The notes beneath the pieces are model-generated. The model was not told where the DNA came from. It saw only the letters and a list, made by a program, of their open reading frames with translations, and made no database searches. DNA of 60,893 nt, taken from the IMG/VR virus record IMGVR_UViG_3300035704_000009, positions 1 through 60,893 of that record. The stretch is one strand, 5' to 3'. Origin of the DNA: a virus. Taxonomy: Duplodnaviria; Caudoviricetes. A program made the translations under genes and the position numbers. Shown here piece by piece: positions 15,068 through 24,212 of the stretch. Position 1 is the first letter of the stretch. Each line of letters begins with the position of its first letter.

Positions 15068-15412
15068 CTAGCCGCTCACCAGCCCGGCACCATGCCCGTT
15101 GCCCGCGCTGGCCGGAACTTCCAGCAGCTTCTTCCGTGCCGCGGCCAGCTCGTCCAGGCACATGCCCACCGCGGCGGACAGGGTCGCGTCGTCGGGCCAG
15201 GCGTCGGGGATGAGCTGGGCGTGGGCCATGCGGGGCGGGACGAGGACCGGGGAACGGCAGGAGATGATCACCATGTAGCCGGCGGTGAAGCCCTGCGGGC
15301 CGGGAACGAGTGAGGGGCCCACGTCGTAGCCGTAGTCCTCGGCGGGGCAGCGCTCGGCCAGCGCGCGGGCGACGGCGGCGCGGAGCTTGTCCCGGCGGTC
15401 GGTCGCGGTCAT
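15068..15412 (-). CDS. Hypothetical protein
   Basis: 114 aa ORF with GGAGG RBS. Confidence 0.65.
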   Translation of the reverse strand: MTATDRRDKLRAAVARALAERCPAEDYGYDVGPSLVPGPQGFTAGYMVIISCRSPVLVPPRMAHAQLIPDAWPDDATLSAAVGMCLDELAAARKKLLEVPASAGNGHGAGLVSG

Positions 15413-15429
15413 GGCACCTCCCGTAGCGC

Positions 15430-15470
15430 TTGACAGGGTGGTATTGCCACCGCTAGAGTGGTACTACCAC
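15430..15470 (+). promoter_or_regulatory. Sigma70-type promoter with two palindromic operators
   Basis: TTGACA-18 nt-TAGAGT; operators GGTGGTATTGCCACC and GTGGTACTACCAC. Confidence 0.75.
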
Positions 15471-15488
15471 CTAGAGAGAGAGCACGGG

Positions 15489-15689
15489 ATGACCAGGCAG
15501 CAGATCCTCGCCCAGCTAAAAGACCGCCACCAGATCGACCCGTGCATGGGTTCCCGCTGGCTGGAGACCAGCGACATCGAGGAAGCCGTGGACGTCGCGT
15601 GCATCCGTGGTCATGCGTACCTGAATGACGAAGTCATCACCTGGAGCAACGGTGCTGGCTATGGCTTCACCAAAGACGGTCATGCCTAG
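15489..15689 (+). CDS. Small hypothetical protein
   Basis: ATG 15489 after GAGAG; first gene of the antisense cassette. Confidence 0.6.
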   Translation: MTRQQILAQLKDRHQIDPCMGSRWLETSDIEEAVDVACIRGHAYLNDEVITWSNGAGYGFTKDGHA

Positions 15690-15873
15690 CCAGCACAAGC
15701 ACCCGCCGATCGCCTTCCGTCCACCGGAGGGCGATCGTGCGCTGCTGCTCAGGCACGCAGCCGAGACGGGCAAGCCGGTCAACCGCATCCTCGCCGAGGC
15801 GCTGTCGGCATACCTGAAGGCCGCAGGGCTTGACGCTCAGCCCAGCCCGCCAGTTCCGCACCGGGGGCAGTAG
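15682..15873 (+). CDS. Ribbon-helix-helix DNA-binding protein
   Basis: HPPIAFRPPEGDRALLLRHAAETGKPVNRILAEALSAYL. Confidence 0.75.
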   Translation: MPSQHKHPPIAFRPPEGDRALLLRHAAETGKPVNRILAEALSAYLKAAGLDAQPSPPVPHRGQ

Positions 15874-16094
15874 GAGCCGTTCTTCTGCCGCACGCCCTTC
15901 GGGTGCGGGCACGGAGGGCGCACGTGCCGTCCGGGTGGCTCCGTCGCGGCCTCGATGACTGGCTCGGTCACCGGGGACAGCCGCAGGCCGATCGCGCCCA
16001 GGATCCACGCTGAGCGGGATTCCTCGCCGCGCACCTCGTCGATGGCCGCGAGCACTGGTTCCGGGACGCTGAGCCGTACTACAGGTGAGGCCAT
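15837..16094 (-). CDS. RHH protein with C-terminal Cys/His motif
   Basis: VVRLSVPEPVLAAIDEVRGEESRSAWI; CPHP...CPRC. Confidence 0.7.
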   Translation of the reverse strand: MASPVVRLSVPEPVLAAIDEVRGEESRSAWILGAIGLRLSPVTEPVIEAATEPPGRHVRPPCPHPKGVRQKNGSYCPRCGTGGLG

Positions 16095-16201
16095 GGTGCT
16101 CAGCCTCCGTTTAGGCCGCAGTGCCGTGGCCTGCACGGTCCTTGATCACAGTTGCCAGGCCCCACCGGCCGGCAAGCACGAGCACCGCTAGCCGCCTCCG
16201 G

Positions 16202-17743
16202 TTAGCGCCACGCCCGGACGTTCGGGCGCTCCGGCCTGCCGTCGTCGTCTTGCGGTGCCCACGAGTCCAGGCTGTCCCAGCCGCCGTCGCGGTCACGGCC
16301 GCCGAGGCGGGCACGGAGCTTCGCTGCCGGGTCCTGCCCCATCTGCTCCAGTTCGGCAGCGGCGGCCCAGCGGCGAGGGCCGGGCGGCTGGCGGCTGGCG
16401 GACAGGTCGAAGTCGTGCTCCAGGAACGGCGTGCAGGCCCACACGAGGGAGTCGAGGCGGTCGGGTGACCGCTCACCGGCCGCGCCCGTGAAGGTGACCG
16501 CCTGGTCCTCAAGCTCGACGTGCGGGCCGCGGGCGTGCCGCACGATGCCCCGCTCATACAGCGCAGCGACCGGCTCGGCGCGGGTCCGCTTGGCCTGGCT
16601 GGCGTGCACCACCATGTACGGGACGGAGACGCTCATGTCCCGCATCACCTGGCGCAGCGTGGCCTCCAGGTAGGCGCCGCCGTGGTTCTTCTCCAGCACC
16701 ACCGTGCCGTGCCAGTTGTCAGCCGCGGAAACTACGCGCTTGAGGAACGGCACCGCGCCGATCCGGCCGCCCCACGACTCGGGGACGTGCAGTCGGCGGT
16801 CCATGCCCATGCCGCACACCGTGTAGGCGCACTCGTCGGACTCCTCGGAGCCGTCCGAGGGGTCAGCGCCGACGTAGACCTGCGACAGCCGGGCATCCGG
16901 GCCGCCGGGGATGTCGTCTTCCTGGATGGACTCCAGCAGATCCCGGGTCCAGAGGGCGTTCTCGACGTCATCGAGGAGCTCGCCCTCAAGCTCCTGCCGC
17001 TCCAGCCGGGTGCCCGTGGCGCGGGCCACGACGGACTGGACGAAGGCCGGCGCGAGGTTGGCGATGTTGTCGATCGTGCGGAGCCGGGTGACGACGGTCC
17101 CCGAGCCCTCATCGCGGATGAGGCGCCGGATCAGTTTCGCGGCGGGGCGGGAGATCTTCGGGGTGGCCGTGGCAACGATCCGCGCGGCACCGTGGCGGAC
17201 GGCGTAGGCGATCGACTCATCCCAGGCCACCTGCCACCGCTGCCACAGGCCCAGCTCATCCGCCCACAGGCCGCGCAGGTTGTGGCCCTGGACGCGCAGC
17301 GCGCCATCGTCGGCGGAGTCGACGCGGATCACGTGCCCGTTGCGCAGCCTGATCTCGCCGTACGAGCGGTGCGCGTACTCCACCACGCTGCTGGTGTGGT
17401 TCTTGACCTCGGCCTCGCTGGTGCCGAGGGCCTGCAGGATGCCCGCTTCGCCGGCGACACAGACCGTCCAGGCATCCCGGTAGGTCGGCGCGCAGATACC
17501 CCACTCGCCGGGCTCCGGGTCGCTCAGAATCCAGTCAGCGAGGGTGCTGGAGCCCGCCTTTGTCTTGCCGCTCCCCCTGCCCCCCCTGACGAGCCACGTT
17601 CTCCAGGTCCCCGGGGGGGGCAGCTGGTCGGGGCGCGCGGTGCGCCGCCAGGCCAGCCGCGGGTCACGGGGCGCCGCTTCAAGCCGGTCGGCCAGCCGGC
17701 CGAGCAGCGGGTCAGACGGCGCGCAGGTGGCGGGTGAAGGCAT
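16202..17743 (-). CDS. terL: Terminase large subunit
   Basis: Walker A GGRGSGKT, Walker B LWADE, ATATP, nuclease VGADPS...SPDRLDSLVW. Confidence 0.95.
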   Translation of the reverse strand: MPSPATCAPSDPLLGRLADRLEAAPRDPRLAWRRTARPDQLPPPGTWRTWLVRGGRGSGKTKAGSSTLADWILSDPEPGEWGICAPTYRDAWTVCVAGEAGILQALGTSEAEVKNHTSSVVEYAHRSYGEIRLRNGHVIRVDSADDGALRVQGHNLRGLWADELGLWQRWQVAWDESIAYAVRHGAARIVATATPKISRPAAKLIRRLIRDEGSGTVVTRLRTIDNIANLAPAFVQSVVARATGTRLERQELEGELLDDVENALWTRDLLESIQEDDIPGGPDARLSQVYVGADPSDGSEESDECAYTVCGMGMDRRLHVPESWGGRIGAVPFLKRVVSAADNWHGTVVLEKNHGGAYLEATLRQVMRDMSVSVPYMVVHASQAKRTRAEPVAALYERGIVRHARGPHVELEDQAVTFTGAAGERSPDRLDSLVWACTPFLEHDFDLSASRQPPGPRRWAAAAELEQMGQDPAAKLRARLGGRDRDGGWDSLDSWAPQDDDGRPERPNVRAWR

Positions 17744-18305
17744 GTGCGGCCCTGTCCTGCTCCTCCAGGCCGAGCCCGGTGTCTGCCAGCGCGGCCCGCA
17801 GCGCCTTCTCCATGAGCTCCAGTTGCGCCTCGGAGACCCTGGCCATCCGCTCGCCGATGTTCAGCCGGGCCATCACCGCGAGGACACTCACGGTGTCGCG
17901 GAGGGCCTGCTGGTAGGCGGACAGTTCGGCGCGGACCTGCTCTGTGCCTTCCGCGGACAGGGTACGGATCTGGGTCAGGCGCTCCACATGCTCGCGGAGG
18001 GCGTCCTTGACGGCGACCAGTTCACCCGCGACCGCGGCGAGCTGGGCCAGCGGGTCGGCGACGGGCTCGAAGCCGAGCCGCATCACCTCGTCGCGGGCCT
18101 GCTCCTTGGCGGCGGCGGTCCGGCCGTTGCGCGTGCTGCCGGCATGGTTGGAGCAGTTGCCTGTGCCCAGGTGGTCGGTGCCCTTGCCGGCGGTGTTCCC
18201 GCACCGGCCGCCGTCTCGGTTCGTGCCGCCGCACTTCGGGCGCATTCCATGGCCTACGGCGGTGAGGCGGGGGTTCATGGCCTGCCCGTTGATCTCAGGC
18301 AGCAC
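17712..18305 (-). CDS. Terminase small subunit-like protein
   Basis: CGG...C...GTDHLGTGNCSNHAGST zinc motif plus helical C-half; directly upstream of terL; start uncertain. Confidence 0.7.
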   Translation of the reverse strand: MLPEINGQAMNPRLTAVGHGMRPKCGGTNRDGGRCGNTAGKGTDHLGTGNCSNHAGSTRNGRTAAAKEQARDEVMRLGFEPVADPLAQLAAVAGELVAVKDALREHVERLTQIRTLSAEGTEQVRAELSAYQQALRDTVSVLAVMARLNIGERMARVSEAQLELMEKALRAALADTGLGLEEQDRAAHAFTRHLRAV

Positions 18306-18782
18306 TCAGGCCGAGGGTGCGGGCGGGGACGTCAGGGCGGTCACGCTGGACACGGACGAGTCGAGCGACGACGCGGTGTCCTGCGCCGCACTCACGGCCG
18401 CGTTCAGCGCGGTGGTGTCCACGCCGGCGGGCAGCGCGGCGAGGGCAGCCTGGATGGCGGGGACGTCCACGTTGACGAGCTGGGCCACGTTCGTGGCCAC
18501 GTCGCCGGTCAGGGCGGTCAGGGCAGCGGTCGCGGCGTCGATGTCGGACTGTGAGCTCATGATTTTCTCCTGGTTGGCGAGGATCCTGGCGAGGGCCGTG
18601 ATGATCTGCTGCCCGATGTCAGGCAGCGCAGGCGGGCATCTGGAGAGCCGCTCGCAGAAGATGTCCGCAGCGTGCAGGACCATCTCCCCGTCGCAGTCCT
18701 CCCGCACGGCGTACAGCTGCACGGCCAGGGCGAGGGCCTGGGGATAGGCGGCCGGGAGCGGTGCAGCGTCAGCCACGGTCAC
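18306..18782 (-). CDS. Hypothetical protein
   Basis: 158 aa, Ala-rich coiled C-half. Confidence 0.6.
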   Translation of the reverse strand: MTVADAAPLPAAYPQALALAVQLYAVREDCDGEMVLHAADIFCERLSRCPPALPDIGQQIITALARILANQEKIMSSQSDIDAATAALTALTGDVATNVAQLVNVDVPAIQAALAALPAGVDTTALNAAVSAAQDTASSLDSSVSSVTALTSPPAPSA

Positions 18783-18798
18783 GCTCCCGCCCGGGGGG

Positions 18799-18966
18799 TC
18801 AGGCTGCGGCTTCGAGTTCCGGTTCCGGCTCCTCAGGCTCGCCGGGCTCGTCCGCGCGGGGCTCTTCGAGGTGCTTCTGGGCGCGGGCCTGGACGATGAC
18901 CACGATCACGGCGAAGGCGATCCAGGCGGCGGCGATGGCGATGTAGACGAGCGCGTGCGAGGGCAT
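18799..18966 (-). CDS. Small membrane protein
   Basis: Manual translation: MPSHALVYIAIAAAWIAFAVIVVIVQ plus acidic tail. Confidence 0.55.
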   Translation of the reverse strand: MPSHALVYIAIAAAWIAFAVIVVIVQARAQKHLEEPRADEPGEPEEPEPELEAAA

Positions 18967-19037
18967 GGCGGGGAGACCTGACGTGCGGCTGACCAGGGAG
19001 GGAGCGCCGGAATGGCGGCATTCCCACCCTATCGTGC

Positions 19038-19244
19038 TCAGGCTGCCTCGCTGCGGCGCAGGGCCGCCTCAACCGTGGCGATCTCGTTGAAGTCGTACGC
19101 CGGCCAGCGGCCGAGGTTCCCGAGCGGCTCAAGACCGTAGCGGTGAATCCAGGAACGCACCGTGACGGGGTTGACGGCCAGCATCCTGGCCGCCTGGGTG
19201 GGCGTCACCAGGTCCCCGGGCTCAAGGGTGCGCCTGGGGGCCAT
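19038..19244 (-). CDS. MerR/excisionase-like HTH protein
   Basis: LVTPTQAARMLAVNPVTVRSWIHRY. Confidence 0.8.
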   Translation of the reverse strand: MAPRRTLEPGDLVTPTQAARMLAVNPVTVRSWIHRYGLEPLGNLGRWPAYDFNEIATVEAALRRSEAA

Positions 19245-19259
19245 GATCCACCCCCGGGG

Positions 19260-19292
19260 CATGAAAAAACCCACCGGGAGCCGGGAGGGCTG
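19260..19292 (-). terminator. Intrinsic terminator-like hairpin
   Basis: CCCTCCCGGCTCCCGGTGGG followed by TTTTTTCATGCCC; same tail as the 2398 hairpin. Confidence 0.55.
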
Positions 19293-19359
19293 CCAGCGGG
19301 CATGCGTATCTAGGGCCGTAGCGTTGCATATCAGGTTTACCCCGGTCAAGCCGGGCCTG

Positions 19360-20262
19360 TCAGGACGCCTTGCCGAGGCTCTCGAGCTGCACCTGGTAGG
19401 CGCGGCCCATGAGCAGCTCGTACCTGGGGCCGCTGTAGACGTTCGGGCAGTTCGTGCACTTCACGACCGGGTCCCAGCCGCCGTCGCGGGCCTCGTACTG
19501 GACCAGGGTCTTCGCCTTGCAGTCATCGCAGGGAACCTCGGTGATGCGGCGGCGCTGGCGGGAGATGCCGAGCATGCCGCGGGCCCGGCCGTTCAGCGCG
19601 AGGAACTCCAGCGCCGCGGCGGTGCCGTCCAGGGTGACGTTCTCCCACGCATCGCCGGAGGTGTCGTAGCGGATCAGGTTCGAGCCGGTCTCGTCGCCGT
19701 GCTCCTCGATGACCTGGTCTACCCGCCTGCGGGTGGCCGGGCGGACCAGGTCGCAGGGACCGAGGTTCAGCAGCGCCTCGAAGTTGATGTCCAGCGTCTT
19801 GCAGGCCGCGGCGAGCTGCACAGAATCCCGGCGCCTGCCGTCCGGGTAGTCCGATGACCGGGCCGCGGTCCGGACGACCTCTTCCCAGGAGCACGCTATG
19901 AGGAGGATCTCCCGCATGAACTCCTGGACGTCCGCGGCGAGGGGCATCGGCGGCTCGCGGGAACCGGACACGCGCTCCCCGGCCTGCTCGGTGCGGGCCA
20001 GCAGGGTGCGCACCTCGATGTAAGTCCGGGGCAGATCGGTGATAGCGCGGCGGATGTAGCGGGAGTCGGTCTCGCAGAACGTCCGCGGGCCGCATCTGGC
20101 GTTGCCCTGATAGTCGCGCTCTTCGCAGCGGATCCCGCGGGCGCAGGGATCCCCGGCCCCGTCCGTGACTGCGGCCTGGTCCTGGTGCTCGCCGCGGAAA
20201 CTGAACTGCCAGCCTTTGCGTCCCACCGGCCACCTCCGCTCCCTGGTGCGGACGGTGCCCAT
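19360..20262 (-). CDS. Zinc-binding hypothetical protein (possible late regulator)
   Basis: N-terminal Cys cluster and C-terminal CDDC...CTNC; lies just before the late operon; start uncertain. Confidence 0.6.
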   Translation of the reverse strand: MGTVRTRERRWPVGRKGWQFSFRGEHQDQAAVTDGAGDPCARGIRCEERDYQGNARCGPRTFCETDSRYIRRAITDLPRTYIEVRTLLARTEQAGERVSGSREPPMPLAADVQEFMREILLIACSWEEVVRTAARSSDYPDGRRRDSVQLAAACKTLDINFEALLNLGPCDLVRPATRRRVDQVIEEHGDETGSNLIRYDTSGDAWENVTLDGTAAALEFLALNGRARGMLGISRQRRRITEVPCDDCKAKTLVQYEARDGGWDPVVKCTNCPNVYSGPRYELLMGRAYQVQLESLGKAS

Positions 20263-20299
20263 TGTGGCACCAGGAGACGGGTGGTTCAGGACGGGGCGC

Positions 20300-20743
20300 T
20301 CACCGCAGGAGGTTCCTGGCGAAGTTCCCGAGGATCTGGGCCTCTGACGGCCCGTCGACCGTCTCCCGCTCGGGGCCTCCGATGGCCACGACGCCCTCAC
20401 CGACTGAGATGGTGGCTACGCACTCCCCCGACTCGTACTCGCCGCCGCAGTGCACCTTGAGCAGCATCGACGGGGCGATGTGGACGAGCTTGCGCAGTTC
20501 GTCCGCCACGTCCTGCACGGAGTAGTCCCGCTCGGCGAGGTTGCCGCAGCGGCTCACCTGCTCCGCCGGCCAGTCACCAAGGCCGCACAGGCTGGGGCTG
20601 TCCAGGCTGAACGACAGCGGGCCGAAGTGATCCAGGGCCGCGTCGCCCGGCTCATAGGTGTAGCCGAGCCATGCACGGAGCGCCGCCGCGCCGGCTGCGC
20701 TCATCGTGCCGGTCACGTTCACGGTGCGCCAGTTGCCCATCAC
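20300..20743 (-). CDS. Hypothetical protein
   Basis: 147 aa, coupled to the upstream gene. Confidence 0.7.
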   Translation of the reverse strand: MMGNWRTVNVTGTMSAAGAAALRAWLGYTYEPGDAALDHFGPLSFSLDSPSLCGLGDWPAEQVSRCGNLAERDYSVQDVADELRKLVHIAPSMLLKVHCGGEYESGECVATISVGEGVVAIGGPERETVDGPSEAQILGNFARNLLR

Positions 20744-21747
20744 GTCACATCCCCATCGGTGCGCTCGCCGCCCGCCGGTTCTTTCTTCGCGGCTTTGGCG
20801 AGCCGGGCGACATAGCGACCGTAGCTGTCGCTCTTGCCGGCCAGGACACCCGCCTCGGAAGCACTGTGGCCCCCGGCGATGAGCGCGAGGATCCGGGCGT
20901 CGGTCGGGCTCTTGCCCTCCTCGATGAGCGCCAGGAGCGTCGCCTCAGCGTCCACGTCGAGCACATCTTCCGGGGCGGAACTTCCGGCGGAACCGGGGGC
21001 CGGTTCCGGTGCGGTTCCGGCCGGCTGGTTCCGGGCGGAAGTAGTGGCCGGCTTCCGGGCGGAAGTACGGCGCCGCTTCCGGGCGGAAGTAGCCTTCTCG
21101 CGGAGCGCTTCCGCGGTCGCATTCGCGGCGGTCAGTTCCGTGCTCAGGCGGGCCAGTTCCGCCTCCATCGCGGCCCGCATCTCATCTGCTTCCGCGTGTG
21201 CCTGCTCCGCCACGCGGGCCTCTGCCGCGGCGACCGCTTCCGCCATCTCCCCTGCGGCGTCGCGGGCTTCCTCCGCGCGCTCGGCCGCGCGGCGGCGCTC
21301 CCGCTCGGTGAGGATGATCCACAAGCCGGTGAGCGCCGCGGCGTCGAGCACGATGCCGAACAGCCACGCCATGCCCAGGCCGAGCCACCCGGCGGGGTAG
21401 GACGGCCGGAGGACGTTGGCGACGGCGCTGGCGGACAGGAGCATCGCGCCGCCCATGATCGCGAAGGTGACCCTGCGGAACACCTTCCCGCCGTCGAACC
21501 GGGCCCCGGCTTCGGAGATGAACATGGCGGCGAGGACCGGCGCGAATCCTCTCAGGCCGGCGATCAGCCAGAACATCGGCGACGCGGCGTGGGTGGCGTC
21601 CCAGAAGTTCAGGGTGATGGACGTGCCGCCCATGGTGATGAGCACGGCCCAGGCCGGGACCTTGGCGCTGGACTTGCCCGGTGCGGTCTTGCGGTGATCA
21701 GCCATGGGGGTCATCTTCGGGGTATCCCTCTCTGGAATCGGGCTCAT
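20740..21747 (-). CDS. Spread (Spd/DUF2637)-like membrane protein: 4 TM helices, coiled coil, C-terminal HTH
   Basis: Four hydrophobic segments, coiled coil, HTH-like SASEAGVLAGKSDSYGR; downstream of traB. Confidence 0.6.
   Translation of the reverse strand: MSPIPERDTPKMTPMADHRKTAPGKSSAKVPAWAVLITMGGTSITLNFWDATHAASPMFWLIAGLRGFAPVLAAMFISEAGARFDGGKVFRRVTFAIMGGAMLLSASAVANVLRPSYPAGWLGLGMAWLFGIVLDAAALTGLWIILTERERRRAAERAEEARDAAGEMAEAVAAAEARVAEQAHAEADEMRAAMEAELARLSTELTAANATAEALREKATSARKRRRTSARKPATTSARNQPAGTAPEPAPGSAGSSAPEDVLDVDAEATLLALIEEGKSPTDARILALIAGGHSASEAGVLAGKSDSYGRYVARLAKAAKKEPAGGERTDGDVT
20968..21091. repeat. Palindromic TTCCG-n(1-3)-CGGAA repeats, three at a 24-bp period
   Basis: TTCCGGGCGGAAGTA at 21029, 21053, 21077; variants at 20968 and 20982. 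Confidence 0.7.
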
Positions 21748-21793
21748 CGGCTCATGGCGTGACGGGAGTCAGCGGGAGTGGCTGGTGTGCCGG

Positions 21794-21916
21794 TCATCGC
21801 CCGCGCCAGAAACAGAACGCGGCGGCGGCGAGGGCCACGCCGGTGACCAGGCCGGGCGGGACATTGAACACCAGGGCGGCGAGGACCAGCACGCCGACCG
21901 CAGCGGCGAATCTCAT
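21794..21916 (-). CDS. Small hydrophobic protein (Spd-like)
   Basis: Manual translation: MRFAAAVGVLVLAALVFNVPPGLVTGVALAAAAFCFWRGR. Confidence 0.5.
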   Translation of the reverse strand: MRFAAAVGVLVLAALVFNVPPGLVTGVALAAAAFCFWRGR

Positions 21917-21947
21917 CAGCCTGTCCCCCACTCTCCGTCACCGTTTG

Positions 21948-22064
21948 CTGTTCGTTGATCTTGTTCGCGGGGTGTTCGCGGGTGTTCAGCGAACACGTCT
22001 CCCTCGCGCGCGCCTACGCGCGTAGGGGCGGGGGCGGGTGGCCGCGCCGACTGTTCGCGAACAG
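21948..22064. repeat. clt-like TraB recognition repeats (TGTTCGC)
   Basis: TGTTC(G/A) at 21949, 21962, 21973, 21983; inverted copy at 21989; palindrome CTGTTCGCGAACAG at 22051-22064; non-coding, immediately downstream of traB. Confidence 0.65.
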
Positions 22065-22079
22065 TGTCACGCATAGTGA

Positions 22080-24212
22080 TCAAACCCCGGCCATCTGGCG
22101 GGCCTCGGCGGCAAGATCATCACCGTCGCGGCGGATCTTCTCCATAGCCGCCCACACATCGGCGGTGGCCGAGTACAGCCCATCCCCCGCCTTGATCACT
22201 GCACTGGCGGCGATCAGGGCGTTGAGCTGCTGGTGGATGAAGGTCCGGCCCATCCCCGAGGCCTTGAGCTGAGCGGGCGTGATCCCCGAAGGCGCGCCCG
22301 GCGCACCCTGGAGCAGGGCGGCGAAGCGGCGCCGGCCATGGTCCCGCTTGCTCCCGAGGTCGATCGGCGCACCGCGGTCAGTGGCAGCATGGCGGGCGCG
22401 CAGGATATCGGCATCGCTGACGTCCGGGTCCTCGTCCACCTCGGCGTTGATGCGCTCTGCCTCGGGGTGCTCGGGCCTGAAGTTGATCTTGTTCGCGGGC
22501 ATCGCGTCATCCTCCGGGGGAGCGGGGTTGTCCGGCCCGGACGCCTGCGGAGCGTCACGGCGGAACTCGGCCGGGAGGCGCGACCAGCGTTCGTCGTAGA
22601 CCTGCTGCCACGTGGGGGCGCCGGGCTCACTGCTGACGGGCTGGGCGCCGCAGTACAGCCGCAGCGGCCGGTCGTGCAGGCCAGTGAGCTCCGCGTTGCG
22701 GATCGCGGTCGGCCGGCACAGCGAGTGCGGGAAGTGCGGGGCGCGAATCTGCTCCAGCGAGGTTTTCGCGTCCGCGCGGAAGTAGAACGTGCCCTTCTGG
22801 GTCAGCTTCGTGGTGTCGACGCTGTCGCGGGCGTCCTCGCCCAGCGCAAAGGTGCCATGGTCGCGGTGCTCGGTCTGGAAACACATCCGCCCGTTCAGGT
22901 TGGAGCGGGTCTGCTCGGTACGCACCGTCGTGTCCAGTGCCCCGTACTGGCTCATCACGACCGGGTAGATCTCCAGGCCCTGCCCGGCTCCAGAGATGGC
23001 GGCAAGGTCAGCCGCGCACTTGGCGTCGCCGCGCTGCTCGGAAGTGACCAGGAAGGCTTCGTCAATGAACACGAACAGGGTGGGCACCTCGTCGGTCGGG
23101 TCGAGCTGCTCCTCGCCGTTGTAGGCGTACATGCCGCGGGCGGCTGTCTCGGCGGTCATGCAGCCCAGGACAAGCCGGGCTTCCTGGATCGTGGTGGCTA
23201 CCCAGTCGATGGCCGGCAGCCATGGCCGGGACGCCCGGCCGCCCTTGGGGTCGATCAGCAGCGCGCGGGCGTTCCGGCACCGGGTGATCTTGGCGAGCAT
23301 CACCGATTCCTCGTTGGACTTCCCAGCCCGGCTACGGCCGATGACGAACCAGCCTTTCCGCAGGCTGGTGCGCTTCCAGCCGCCGGTCTCGCGCATGCCG
23401 AGCGGCGCAGGATCGCGGATGTCGCCGGAGGCCATCGAGTCGTCCCATTCGATGGCCTCGCGGAGCGGGTCCTCGCGCTTGAGGTGGATCCACACCTGGG
23501 ACGGGTTGATTTTGTTGATCTCGGAGCGGGTCATGCCGTGGTGGACGTAGCCGCCGAGCGCGGATTCCAGCAGCGGGAGCAGGGCCTTGATGGTGCCGTG
23601 GGTCTGCTTGCCGCCCCACAACTGCACCAGCCAGGATTCCAGCCCGTCATGGTCGTGCACATCGACGATCCCTGAGCCGCCCGCGCTCCACCCGGGGGCG
23701 TTCATCTGCCACCACATGTTCAGGTCCTGCACGCGGCGCTCGTGCCGCCTGCGGGCTTTCCGGTCCCGGGGGCGCTTGTGCCACCAGAACAGGCCACCCC
23801 ATGCCGCGCACAGCGCCGCGAGCATCAGTTCCAGCCACGTCTGGCCTGGGCCGAACATCGCCGCGAGGAATAGCCAGAGCGTGGAGCCGCCCGCAGTGCT
23901 GCGGGCGTAGGCAACCTCGGAGGTCCACCGCCAGTCCTTGATCCGCGGTTCAGGTGACCATTTCGACGGGGCCGTGAACCAGGTAGTCACGGAGATCGCC
24001 GCACCGGCAACGCCTGCCTCGAACCCGGCGTGCTCCGCAGCCAGGACCGCGCCGGCGACCAGCATGCCGGCCGGGACGACGAGGGGGATGGTGACATGCC
24101 GGTTGCGGGCGGCGAACCGCCACATCCGCAGCTGCGTACGGACCAGTTCCGCCTCGGTCTCATACGGGACCAGGGGCGGGGCCGGCGGAGGGCCCGGGGA
24201 TTGTGCTGGCAT
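22080..24212 (-). CDS. traB: TraB-like FtsK/SpoIIIE conjugative DNA translocase
   Basis: N-terminal TM helices, Walker A GRSRAGKS, IDPKGG, Walker B FVFIDEA, RSNLNGRMCF, C-terminal wHTH. Confidence 0.8.
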   Translation of the reverse strand: MPAQSPGPPPAPPLVPYETEAELVRTQLRMWRFAARNRHVTIPLVVPAGMLVAGAVLAAEHAGFEAGVAGAAISVTTWFTAPSKWSPEPRIKDWRWTSEVAYARSTAGGSTLWLFLAAMFGPGQTWLELMLAALCAAWGGLFWWHKRPRDRKARRRHERRVQDLNMWWQMNAPGWSAGGSGIVDVHDHDGLESWLVQLWGGKQTHGTIKALLPLLESALGGYVHHGMTRSEINKINPSQVWIHLKREDPLREAIEWDDSMASGDIRDPAPLGMRETGGWKRTSLRKGWFVIGRSRAGKSNEESVMLAKITRCRNARALLIDPKGGRASRPWLPAIDWVATTIQEARLVLGCMTAETAARGMYAYNGEEQLDPTDEVPTLFVFIDEAFLVTSEQRGDAKCAADLAAISGAGQGLEIYPVVMSQYGALDTTVRTEQTRSNLNGRMCFQTEHRDHGTFALGEDARDSVDTTKLTQKGTFYFRADAKTSLEQIRAPHFPHSLCRPTAIRNAELTGLHDRPLRLYCGAQPVSSEPGAPTWQQVYDERWSRLPAEFRRDAPQASGPDNPAPPEDDAMPANKINFRPEHPEAERINAEVDEDPDVSDADILRARHAATDRGAPIDLGSKRDHGRRRFAALLQGAPGAPSGITPAQLKASGMGRTFIHQQLNALIAASAVIKAGDGLYSATADVWAAMEKIRRDGDDLAAEARQMAGV

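Noticed and set aside
2733-23675. Long plus-strand ORFs such as 2741-4099, 7081-8316, 16520-17737 and 22233-23675
   Set aside because: Antisense shadows of motif-bearing minus-strand genes, expected in high-GC DNA.
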